Program-made: the position numbers and the translations under genes | NCBI GenBank assembly: GCA_000934665.2 | Contig: KZ538103.1 | Location: 62,001 to 126,000 of the forward strand | Direction: 5' to 3' | DNA: 64,000 bases | Origin: Catajapyx aquilonaris | Taxonomy: Eukaryota | Notes under the pieces: generated by a model | Seen by the model: the letters and a program-made list of their open reading frames with translations, nothing else | Databases searched by the model: none | Told to the model about the DNA's origin: nothing | Shown: one piece after another, positions 13,601 to 25,100 of the stretch | How the letters are laid out: every line of letters starts with the position of its first letter | Numbering within the stretch: position 1 is the first letter of the stretch

Positions 13601-16100
13601 CATTTGTCATAATGAGTAAAATTTTTGGGCCTTTTGTGCCCGATTTTAATGGGACGAAATTGGACATTTGTCATAATGCGAGCCTGATATTAAGGGGGAG
13701 GGGGATGGTGGGTGGAGAAATAGGTTGTAAAGTATACGCATATATCTCTCTTCCGCACTTCGCGCCTTTCCCTCTCTCTCTCTGCTCCTCATTATTTATA
13801 CAAATGCTCCCTACCTCAATTTAAATGAATTAACACAAAGCATTCGCCCGCCATAAATCCAGCCCTTCTCCTCCTCCTCCTCCCAGCCTCCATTCCTCCC
13901 CGAAATTTCAACCATACTTTTCTCCCCTGCTTTAGCTTTTCCCCGAGACGGAGATGAGCAGATTAAATTAGACGGGGGGATTTGCTGACATGGACTAGTG
14001 CTTAATTAGACCAATGCAATGAAACGCGGGGACGTAACAAAATTTTCAGCCAGGGGGGAGGCTGGGTTGGGCGTTTTCCCCCGGCCGAGCATGCTTTGCC
14101 AGGAAGCCCACTTGATCGTTTCCTAGGCTAATGGCCCACTAATTGATGGATTGTCTTCGCTACTTTAGGAACGCTTTAATGCCCTTACGCTACGATCAAA
14201 AGGTATAGAAAGAAGCACGGGCTTGAAAATATGTTTGCCGTAACGCAATGCGACATGTATGGCACACCCTGTATATATACAGACATAGGCCAAAGTAGGT
14301 GCTGTAACATTTTTCCTGCAATTTTTAAACCTGTTTGTTTGGCACAGTTTTCATCGTGCATACTGCAGAATAGCCCGCAGGCTTCGTGTTAATGCATGAG
14401 TTACATGCGAGTGACATAACCCTGCAGGTCGGTGCTGCGCCTCCGACATGTAACAGCGTTGAAATGCCATTTTACTGCCCGTGTGTATGATTACTTAGCT
14501 AATTACCAGATAGCAAGTTATAATAATTATGCTCGCATGTAATGGTACGCAATTTGCGCTTTACTATAGTCACTAGTTATGCACAACAATGATATGAGCC
14601 ACGTTGCACAAGTGTCACTGTCGGATGCAGCTGGACTTAACACATTGTGTGGGTAATATATGTGTAAACATTTAATGTCGCATAATATGAAGACTGCGCC
14701 TATGAGCAGTATGAGGCATGCAAAATTCGAACCAAGCGAAAAAAAAGTGACCAGAGTAATCTGGCGAGCCATAATTTTCCCGTTTGGCAACGAGGCTTGA
14801 GCCGCCTCCCACCTCCCGAAGGTAGGAACAAAGAAGTTCGGAAGGTCAAGGAAGAGAGGCGGGAATCTCATCCCCTCCCCCCCTTCCATCTCCCATCACC
14901 CCCCTCCAAAAACCGACCAAGAGTCCTTCCAAAGGCACTTTCACCCTCCCTTATCCAGGTAAAAAATCTTAAGCGGCTGCTTCTTCAGAGATTGCCAACA
15001 TCGCATGCCAACAGCAGGGGGACCAATTTGGTAAACAAAGGGACTCCCTCCTGTTGCCTNCCCCCCCCCCCCCCCCCCCCCCGTCTCTCAAAAAATGAAG
15101 AAGAAAAAAAAATGAAAGAAATTATTAGGACATGAGGGGGGCTCAAAAAAAGGTGCGGGAGTCAAACCCAAATCCCTGTCGCTCCTTCAAGTGCTTGCCT
15201 TGTACTTGGGCTTGAGGTTGTTCAAATATTTGACCAAGGGGTTTAAGAGCCGGGAATTTAACTGGATTTACCTACGACTTCGCACTCTGGATAGTCACGC
15301 TGGACACATTTTAAATAACTCAAATTAGGACAATATTCCAAATCAAAAAAATGGTTTTAAACTGGAGGGTGTTATGAATCCACTTGTGTGAGTCGAGCCC
15401 CCAGGTGCTGACTGATTTTTACAGTTTTTGGAGCCGATTGCTGGCTAATTGCTTTGCTTTAATGAAAATGGTCTCGACCTTGGCCCGGTTTTTGATTCTT
15501 CTTTCTTTCGAACCGGCCCAGGCTGTGTTGGCCGCATTTCAAGCGAATAATTAGCGGTATTAGTGCCCCCTTTTGCTAAGGATCGCGCCTGCTGCAGTTA
15601 CTTTTGAATTAGCTGCACAAATCTGCAGCGTTTGCAGCTGCATTAGCCCTCTCCCTCTTTCAACTTCTATCGTGTTTTTTGGAGGGAAAGAGAGAGGGGC
15701 GTTTTTCGAGTAAAAAAGAGAGAGAGAGAGAGAGAGCTGGAGCCATTAGCCCTAATACGTGAAAATTAAGAAGTTGGTGGGGGTTTTGCGCTGCTTTTAG
15801 CCAAGTTTTTGGGAGGAATGGGCGTGCATTAGCGTGAAAAAAAGACAGAAATGCAGAGGTCTCGTGTTCTAACTCTATGCCGTTACTCGCCTTTGTATAG
15901 TATACAGTACAGCACCCCCTGTAGCAACCTGGCTTTTTCACGTGTAAATTCTCGATACGTTTTCTGTGTGGAGCACTTTCACGGTGCAGAAGTCAACTGA
16001 GCAGAAATTTTAGCCGAAATACTGTATTGCCGGTGTTAAATAGCAAGGTATTTTTAATTTTAAAGCATTTTTTTCCCTGTTGGACAGATAGAGAAATTCT

Positions 16101-16229
<129 letters not shown>

Positions 16230-17865
16230 TAGTTAGTTAACTTAACGGCTTCTACTAACCTGAGTAGACTAACCCGCCTTGCATTCACATTGAAATATGG
16301 TCTACTATAAATTCGCTAGTACTTGAACTTGGCATGTTTAACACTAACTTTTCCCCCCTTCCCCCACGGTTCTATCCAGGCGATACGACTATGGAGAATA
16401 GACCTGGTGGAGTGGAAACCCGCGATAATGCCATGCAAGCCTCGCAACCATGTGATGCAGGATATGGGTTCAATACCGAACAGCGGGTCTCCACCAAGAA
16501 AATCTGACCAGAAAAAAAATGTGATTAAATGTCTAATAAATATAGTGAGCCCCAAAGATAGTGTGATGACTACCATCGAAGGACGCGGCATCTCTGCTGC
16601 CTTCAAACTGTGCCGGGATGAGAAGGAGGTCAACATCCACCGGCGGCGCGGCATCATTTCTGTTTGCCTAACAGACTTTCCAGCTTACCAGACTTCGAAT
16701 AGTGAAGAAGAAAGAAGAAGAAGAAGAAATAAGAGAGAAGACCGGGCGCCATGTTTGACTTCCTTCTCGGTCATCAAATTACCGGGTCTTCCGATTGTTT
16801 TCCCGTGTTCTGTTGCTGCCTACTGTTGACACATCTGCCACTCAAAATGGGGGTGGCTCCCTAGTCTCTCTCTCTCTCTGTATGTACAGGGTGGTGCACT
16901 GTCCCCAGTTCAAGAGGAGAAGTCGTTCACTCCAGCAAACCGTTTTGAAGCGAATCAGCAACAAATCACTGCGTCTCGAGTGCGTCTGTGTAAATATATT
17001 TTGTGACACTGGTTGCTGAGGCTTGGGCCATATAGCCTCTTTCTTAACCCCCTACCAAAATTTGTATTCTGGCCAGATAGTTTTCCAGAGCCATTTGGAC
17101 TAGGACCCAGTTTGCGAAAATTATTTTGGCCACTTGCACGAGGAGGTGACGGTACCGATCGGTATGTGCAACGGGAAATAATGAGAGTAAATTGACGGGG
17201 GGAGCTCTGCCGGTAATGATGGAAAATCGGGGTTGACGTCATCGCTGCCTGGTCCCCCGGAAGTGTATGCAACCACGCCCATACGCCAGATATTGCGGGG
17301 GGGTTCTTCTCTCACGTCCTGCCCTCTGGCAGACTACACTCCGCCGGGGTGATAATTTATGCAAAAAGCCTCGTTTCCGGACGTGCAGGATGGATGGAGA
17401 GGGATGGGGGGTGGGGGGTAACATTTTGCAGAGTTTGAAGGCGATGCGACCCCCCGAGGGACCTACCCAGCATGGCCAATTCCGATATATGGGTCTTGTC
17501 ATGACATGCTTCAAAAGCACGGTGGCCAACTAGATTAAGATACATTTTTTTTGGTCATGTAGGCCACCATGGATGAAATTTTTACGAACGCAAACGAGTG
17601 CGCACCACAGTGCGCACAGTGCGCACGATTGGAATTATCAATAATGCTTTTTCTTTACATGAAGCTGCTTCGTGCCGCAGATGAGACACCAAATATCATA
17701 AATTTTGAGTATTTAGGTTCAAAATTCGCAGTTTTCGGACTGTCCCCTAAATTAGCGGCACGTATGACGTCATTGTGGCAAGTTTCAGCACTCTCAGTAC
17801 TCCGGAAGTGGCTTAGGTAGCCGTGACATACTGCACATAAGTACCATCAAACTTTCTGCTTTATA

Positions 17866-18197
17866 CAGGGTGTTTCAACTTTTTTGTCCGAACCAGTAAT
17901 CGGAAAATTGCACGTAGCTGCTACTTTGTAAGCAGAGACTTGCAAACGGTGATTTTTCGGAGGAACGGGGAATATTCCCTGCGAATCGTAGGTTCATGTG
18001 GCATACGTGCTGCCCGTTGAAAATTAAGGGTGAAGCCTGGAAAAAAGAGGGTCACACATCCCATGACATGTGTGACCCTCTTTTCCCCCATTCCCCATTC
18101 CTCCGAAAAAAAACCCAGTTGCTAGTCACTGCTCACAAAGTAGCAGCTACGTGCAATTGTCCGATAACTGTTCGGACAAAAAAGTTGAAACACCCTG
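17866..18197. mobile_element. Non-autonomous Tc1/mariner-type MITE, 332 bp, with ~105-bp imperfect TIRs and TA target duplication
   Basis: Left end TA|CAGGGTGTTTCAACTTTTTTGTCCGAAC...TGCACGTAGCTGCTACTTTGT is mirrored by right end ACAAAGTAGCAGCTACGTGCA...GTTCGGACAAAAAAGTTGAAACACCCTG|TA. TA at 17864-65 and 18198-99. No transposase ORF. Confidence 0.92.
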
Positions 18198-21100
18198 TAT
18201 ATTATAAACAGGTTACAGAAAATAAATAATCGCCGGGTGAGCAGCATACATCCATGTTGTCAGCATGGGTTCGGGGGGGTCGTAAGATATACCCAGGAAA
18301 CAATAGGACGATTAAAAATTGTCTGGTGGGACAATAGTCTGTAGCCCCGGGAGAAAAATGGGTCTGTGGGATGGTACCCTAGCCTTAGCTTGCATCTCCC
18401 GCGATGCGTTTTATGATGAACGATGCCTTCGGTGTTGCCACATCCCGAAGCCAATCTCATCCCAGCAGCTTCTCCTCCGTGCAGACAACACACATCCATA
18501 CAGGTTCTAAGATAGGAGCCAATTTTTCTCCTTCCTTCCCTCCCCCTTCCTCCTCCTCCTCCTCTCCCCGTTTTCTGGCTCCTCCTCGGCTATTTATGGA
18601 TCGCCAATGACAAGTTCTGTGGTTCGCTTGAAAGCTCCCTGGAGGATTTTTCTCCCGCGTGTCAGACCGGAGGGGTCATTCCGGGATAGAGAGGAATTGC
18701 AGGTCCATTGGAGCCGGGAGTTATGGCTCCCTGGTATCAGAAGGAAAAAAAATGGAAGAATTTCGGCCCTTTCCAGAGGATGCGTTCAACCTGACCACTA
18801 AATATTTTCCGATAACCTCAACCAGACAGATCCTTCTACCTCCTCTTTAAAAAGAGCGAGGGGGGGATGAAATAATGGGAGCTAGTCCCCCCCCCCCCCA
18901 AAAAAAAAGGTGGTTAGACCACCTCTCCGTGGCCCAATTATAACCTCTGAGCGATACCTTAACTACCGGTACTGATAAAGCTGGACGCCTATTTTGCATG
19001 GGAAAAGAGGTGTGTACACAACCATGTGTGTACCGGCGCATGACGTGGGTGCGTGCACACGGATTTCAATCCAGGTCTGTGTCTTACCGAGAACTCTGGG
19101 GAGGTCAATGGTTGTTTTTTCAATTTTTATAAAATTTAATATTCAGGCCACCTACGGTTAAACACAGGGTCTGAATTTGCGAAAAATTCAAAATTTGCAT
19201 ATTTTCACACGGTTGTTCGGTTGGTAGTTATTGTCAGTGTGCCAACAGCGACAGATTCGCACCTTTTTAGTTGGCACCTCTAGACCCAGCAACCAGCTGG
19301 AGGTATAGCAATGTTGCCGCAGTCATCTGTCAAGTAACTACACGGCCTGTTTGCAAAAGGTCAACAGGCATTGAAACCCCCGGGTATATATTTAAACCCG
19401 CTGCACAAAAAAAGAAAAAAAATCCGCGTGCGTCTCATTCCCAACCACGTTCCCATTTTTTTTTCTGTCCTCGCACGCAATGCGTACTCTGTTTCAACAC
19501 GACCATTTTTTGTCCAAGTTCCTGCAGGACATAAATTTGTGGACTTGTCATCGAGACGATTAACCCAAATCTTTGCGAGCTGCTGCTGGCTGGCTGTGGG
19601 GCATAGTCAGGACCCGGAGTCGCGCAATTGGCGTGTGCGCGCTTTATGATTTTTAATTAGGCGGTTGGAGATTAGGCAAAGTGCCCTTCTTGACGTGGGG
19701 AACAATGCTATGGCTTAGGGGGGGTTGGTTTGCAATCGGACCTGATGATCAGCTATTGGCGTGCCCATAAAGCATCCTGGCCGGACAGCCAGGAGAGACT
19801 GCGAAAAAGAGAGAGTTAAAGGGAAGGGCACTTGGCAGCACGCACCCAGGCCAGGAAAGCATAATTATTTCGCCGACAAATTATTGCGGCGCCGGAGGTC
19901 TCACATCGATCCTCCTGGTCATTTCCAAGAATGGCCAAAAATAATGGGGCTCACATTGTTGTAATAAGCGGAGACAGAAATGGTCGGTCAGCGTAATTAG
20001 CCTATTCTATCAATTAGGTTCAACCAGCCTAAGTTTTTGCATTTTTGATGAGATGGAGCTAGTTTCTCATTTATTTTTGAGCGTACACACAACGTGACGT
20101 TGATGCAACTGGGCCTTAGAGTTTGGCAGATGCAATCGGGCGGGGATGAAGTGCAGCTGGCCCAGGTCCAGACCAATCTGCACCATAGGGCTTGGTCTAT
20201 ATACCCGATAGGTGCTGGCTGCCACTAATTAGGAACTGAAACGAAGGCTCTCTTTTTTGGCAGCCTGCTTTAATAATAATCCACCTGATGCGCTCCTTAC
20301 GCCGCCGCGGCCTCTTATTATTAATTCCTTTTCTAGCGCTAAGAATTAGCTTCCATGCAAAGTAGTATACACACACGAGAGGGCCCTTTTTCCTTTGATG
20401 CATGCTCATCTGAGAGCCCCCTTTTCAGCTGCTCAAGAAGGTCCCCCCACTCTTTCCTTTCACCTTGTCCTCTACTTATTTCTAAGGGCGATGGAAAAAG
20501 GAGAGGGGATTTAGTAAGGGAGGAAAATAAAATGCGGGTTGCAAATTCAATACAAGGGAGCCCTCCCCACATTATGTTTATCTTTTCAAATGAACACAAC
20601 CTATCGCTCGAAAATGGTATCAGCAGAGAGACCCTCTTAAACTCGTGATTGTTTCATTTATAGGATCAGGTTAAGCTTCAGAGGGTGTCCCAAAAACCTT
20701 GTCACTATATAACACAATTTTTATACAAATTTATTAAGGCTGTACAGACTCTACTGCTTATTTGGAGTTGAACTTATATATACTTTTGAGAGCTCAAGTT
20801 CGAAGTAAATCAATGGGGAATTACGCTCGTATTTATCTATAAAAGGATCCTGTAGGTTGAGCTTTTGTTATCATTGAAGGAGCTGATGTGCTCGTGTACA
20901 CTTCGAGTTTATGAAAATACCCACGCAATTGGCCCTAAACTCCGCCTAGACCTACAGGATCAATCCTCAGATAATGTGGGGAGTGTGCTTTAATGTTTTT
21001 AAAAAATGGGTCTGCTTAATAAATCGTGACGATAACCAATAAATGCATGACAGCGGGAAGAAATTTATAGTTGCGCGACTATAGTTACGGGGGGAAAATA

Positions 21101-21996
21101 TCGCAACCCAACTATAGGGTGGCGTGCGCAGAATGCAAGATGTTGCACACAGAATGAGCTCCCAAAATTTTCTTCGGCCGCCCCTCTCGCCCAAATTCCC
21201 TAATTTTGCATGTACGGAATGTATCCGATGCTTTATGCGGATTTTTCTCCCGTTTTTTAAACCGGATGCTCTTGGAACGCGATGCAAAAATTAATTCCGT
21301 TAGCGCCAGGCAAAGTTCCAGTATAATCTAGCGTGTTTTCATAGGAGTTAATGAAACAAGAGGTGGGGGGGGGGAGGTACAGGGAGGAAGANGGGGGCGT
21401 CCTCATTTTCAAACCGGCTGCAAAATCGGTTTTGAAGTTGCGAAGAATGAAACACTGTTTCCCCAAAATCTCGCCTCTCGGAGTTTAAAACCCAGATTGG
21501 CCTACATTATGCGACTAGCTACCGCCAAAATTTTCCGTAGTGGGGGTTGGTGTGGGAGGGATTTGTATTGATCTCTGACACGTTTAGGTGGGCCACTGAC
21601 CTGGCTATGAATATAGTGGGGGGCAACATATGGTTGCAATGTTGGTAAGTTTTGTGCTACACCCTGTGTGTGTTCCCTATAATAAGTTTTGGTGGTTTTC
21701 TCCCTGGGCTTTTCCCCATCACTAATCCATCCTTGCACCCATCCATCTAGCCATCCGTCCATGGCGAGGGGGAAGCGGCATCTGCAGCACCAGAAGCGGC
21801 GGCGCCTGCTCTACCCCCTCCTCATACCATTTACCCCCCCACCGTCTACTTTACCCCCACCCTACTGCCCCTGCGCCCCAAACCAGACATCCAGAAACAG
21901 AGAGAGGCGCAACTGGGCCCAACCCCGGCTTTTTTTTTTTCGGGGGAAGGGGGAGCAGAAGCGAGGCAGTACTCGACTGGCAGTCCAAGCCGGAGC

Positions 21997-22002
21997 TCAG
22001 TC
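21997..22002 (+). promoter_or_regulatory. Candidate arthropod Initiator (TCAGTC) for the Toll gene
   Basis: Matches TCAKTY about 140 nt upstream of the ATG, in a GC-rich stretch with GAGAG motifs on both sides (~21900 and ~22021). No clean TATA box or DPE. Confidence 0.3.
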
Positions 22003-22138
22003 GGCCGGCGGGCTTTGGCCGAGAGAGAAGCTGCAGTTGGCTGCTCCTCGGTTGGTGGTTTAAAGTGCGAAGTGGTGATGAGTGCGGGGGTGTGACCGGG
22101 TGTGGATCGCGGCGACAATGCACTAGAGCAAAGCGACA

Positions 22139-22198
22139 ATGGAAGGAGGTTGGTGCTGGTGGTGGTGGGTGGTGGTGCTGGCGGGGTTATGCCGGGCC
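22139..22198 (+). other. Signal peptide coding region of the Toll receptor (MEGGWCWWWWVVVLAGLCRA)
   Basis: N-terminal hydrophobic stretch ending in small residues at -3/-1 (C-R-A), just before the YEAPEDC cap motif. Confidence 0.8.
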
Positions 22199-25100
22199 AG
22201 CTGGAACCTCAAGTACGAGGCTCCCGAGGACTGCCAGTGGTCCATGAAGAGCGAGGCCAGCCAGGAGGTCAGTCTGACCTGCAAGCTGAGGACCATCAAC
22301 AGCGAGTTCGACCACACCAACCTGAGCGTGATACCCAGCGAGCACACCTCCACTCTACGGATCGAGTGCAGCCAGGTGCTGTTCTACACCAGCTCGCTCG
22401 AGAACCAGTCACTGAGTCATCTGACCCGCCTCAAGGAGCTGGACATCGAGTACTGCAAGCTGGGTAAGCTGCCCGAGGGCACGCTGCAAGGGCTTGGGGA
22501 GCTGCGGAACCTGAGCGTCCGAACGCACAACACGGACTGGGCCGCAATGAGCCTGGAGATATCGCCTCGGAGTCTGGACCACCTCCGGCAGCTGGAGAGG
22601 CTGGACCTGAGCGCCAACAACATCTGGACCTTTCCGGAGCGATTGTTCTGCCCGCTGACCAACCTCAAGTCGCTCAATGTCAGCCGAAATCGCCTGCAGG
22701 ACATTAGCGATTTAGGGTTCAGGGAGGCGGCGGCGGCGGATGCGGGGGAGGAGAGCGGCGGCTGCAGGTTGGAGACCGCGGTTCTAGACGCGTCTAGAAA
22801 CAACTTTGTGCTGCTGCCCAGCCAGGGTTTGGGGGCGCTGACTCAGGTGAAGGAGGTGTACCTGCAGGGGAACGAGATATCGATGGTGGCGGACCAGGCG
22901 CTGGCGGGGCTCAAGTCGCTGCGGATTTTCCACGTGGGCCACAACAAGATCGTGGCCCTTCCGCCAGAGCTGTTCCACGACAGCGCCGAGATCAAGGAGA
23001 TCTACCTGCAGAACAACTCCCTGAGCGTGCTGGCCCCGGGGCTCTTCTCCAACCTGGAGCACCTCCTGGCGCTGGATCTGTCCAGGAACCAGCTGGCCAG
23101 CTCCTGGATCAACGCCAACACTTTTGTGGGGCTGATCCGCCTGGTGGTGCTCAACATGGCCTACAACAAGATAGACAAGATCGATCCCTCCGTCTTCAAG
23201 GACCTCTACAGCCTCCAGATACTCAACCTGGAGTATAACCAGATCGAAGTCATCCCTCCCAACACCTTTGCCGCCATGAATAACCTTCACACCTTAGTCC
23301 TATCCTACAACAAGCTGACCTACCTCGACGCCTTTGCCCTCAACGGCCTCTATGTCCTCTCCTTGCTTTCCGTGGACAACAATGCCCTGGAGACGCTTCA
23401 CGCCGAAGCCTTCAGGAACTGCAGCAGCCTTCGAGACCTGAATCTGAACGGAAACCGTCTCGCGGAGGTGCCCAAAGCCCTGCAGAATCTCCGGTTGCTC
23501 CGGACCGTCGACCTGGGCGAAAATGCCGTCACTCAGCTGGAAAAGCCAGGTTTTCGCAGCCTGAACAACCTGTACGGGCTGAGGCTGATTGGCAACCGGA
23601 TCGCCAATGTCACCAAAGGTGCGTTCCGGGACCTTCCCGCCTTGAAGATCCTAAACCTGGCCCGCAACCACATCCGTACCATAGAGCAAGGCGCCTTCGA
23701 CCAGAACCCGAACCTGCAGGCCATCCGACTGGACGCCAATTACGTTGTGGACATAAACGGTCTGTTCACCGGTCTGCCTAACCTGATCTGGCTGAACATC
23801 AGCGACAACCAGCTGGAATGGTTCGATTACGCGGTGATTCCTCGGGGCCTGCAATGGCTGGACCTGCACAAGAACTACGTGAAGGAGCTGGGCAACTACT
23901 TCCAGCTGGAGGGAGAGCTCCGGTTGCAAACGATGGACGCCAGTTTCAACAAGCTGGGCAAGATCGGCAGCGCATCCGTGCCAGACAGCATCGAGCTGCT
24001 CTTCCTCAACGACAACCTCATTTCCAAGGTGGAGCCGCACACTTTCCTCAAGAAGGAGAACCTGACCCGGGTCGATCTCTACGCTAATCAGATAGTCAGC
24101 ATGGACCTGAACGCGCTCAGGCTGCCGCCGGTGGAGGCAGTCAAGCCCCTCCCTGAGTTTTACATCGGAGGAAACCCCTTCCAGTGCGACTGCACCATGG
24201 AATGGCTGCAGAGGATCAACAAGCTGGACCACCTGCGGCAGCATCCCAAAGTCATGGATCTGGAGAGCATCTACTGCCGGCTGCTGTACAACCGAGACAA
24301 GACGTACGTGCCGCTGGTGGAGGCAGAGAGCTTCCAGTTCCTCTGCACGTACAAGACGCATTGTTTCGCACTCTGCCACTGCTGCGATTTCGATGCGTGC
24401 GACTGCGAGATGACCTGTCCGACCAACTGCACTTGTTACCACGACCAGTCCTGGTCAGCCAATATCGTCGAGTGCTCGGACATTGGGTACACGCAGATGC
24501 CCAGCCGGGTGCCTATGGACGCCACGGAGGTGTACCTGGACGGAAACAACCTGGTTGAGCTGTCCAGCCACGCCTTCATCGGCCGGAAGAACCTGAAGGT
24601 CCTGTTCCTGAACAACTCCAACGTGGAAATTATATACAACCACACCTTCAGCGGCCTGAAGCGACTCACCACCCTTCACCTGGAGAACAACAACCTGAAG
24701 GAGCTGAAGGGGTACGAGTTCGACCGGCTGGAGAACCTCCGGGAGCTGTACCTGCAAAGTAACCGCATCACCCACATCACCAACGCCACTTTCCTCCAGC
24801 TAAAGCACCTGGAGGTTCTCCGGCTGGACAAGAACCGTCTCCTGGACTTCCCCGTGTGGCTGTTCAGCCTGAACCCGTACCTGGTCGAAATAGCCCTGTC
24901 TGACAACGGCTGGTCCTGCGAATGCAAGTTCGCTCGGGAGTTCCAGGTGTGGCTGAACAGCAACTACGTGAAGGTGGTGGACGCTGACCGGATCAGCTGC
25001 CTGTACAAAAACGCCAGCTCGCTGTCCCAACACGCGTACCCACTGACGGACTTCAACGCCACCATGTGCATTGGGTACAGCGCCACGACGGTGGTGGAGC

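Noticed and set aside
22026..22031. DPE downstream of the candidate Initiator
   Set aside because: The +28 to +32 sequence AGAAG does not fit RGWYV.
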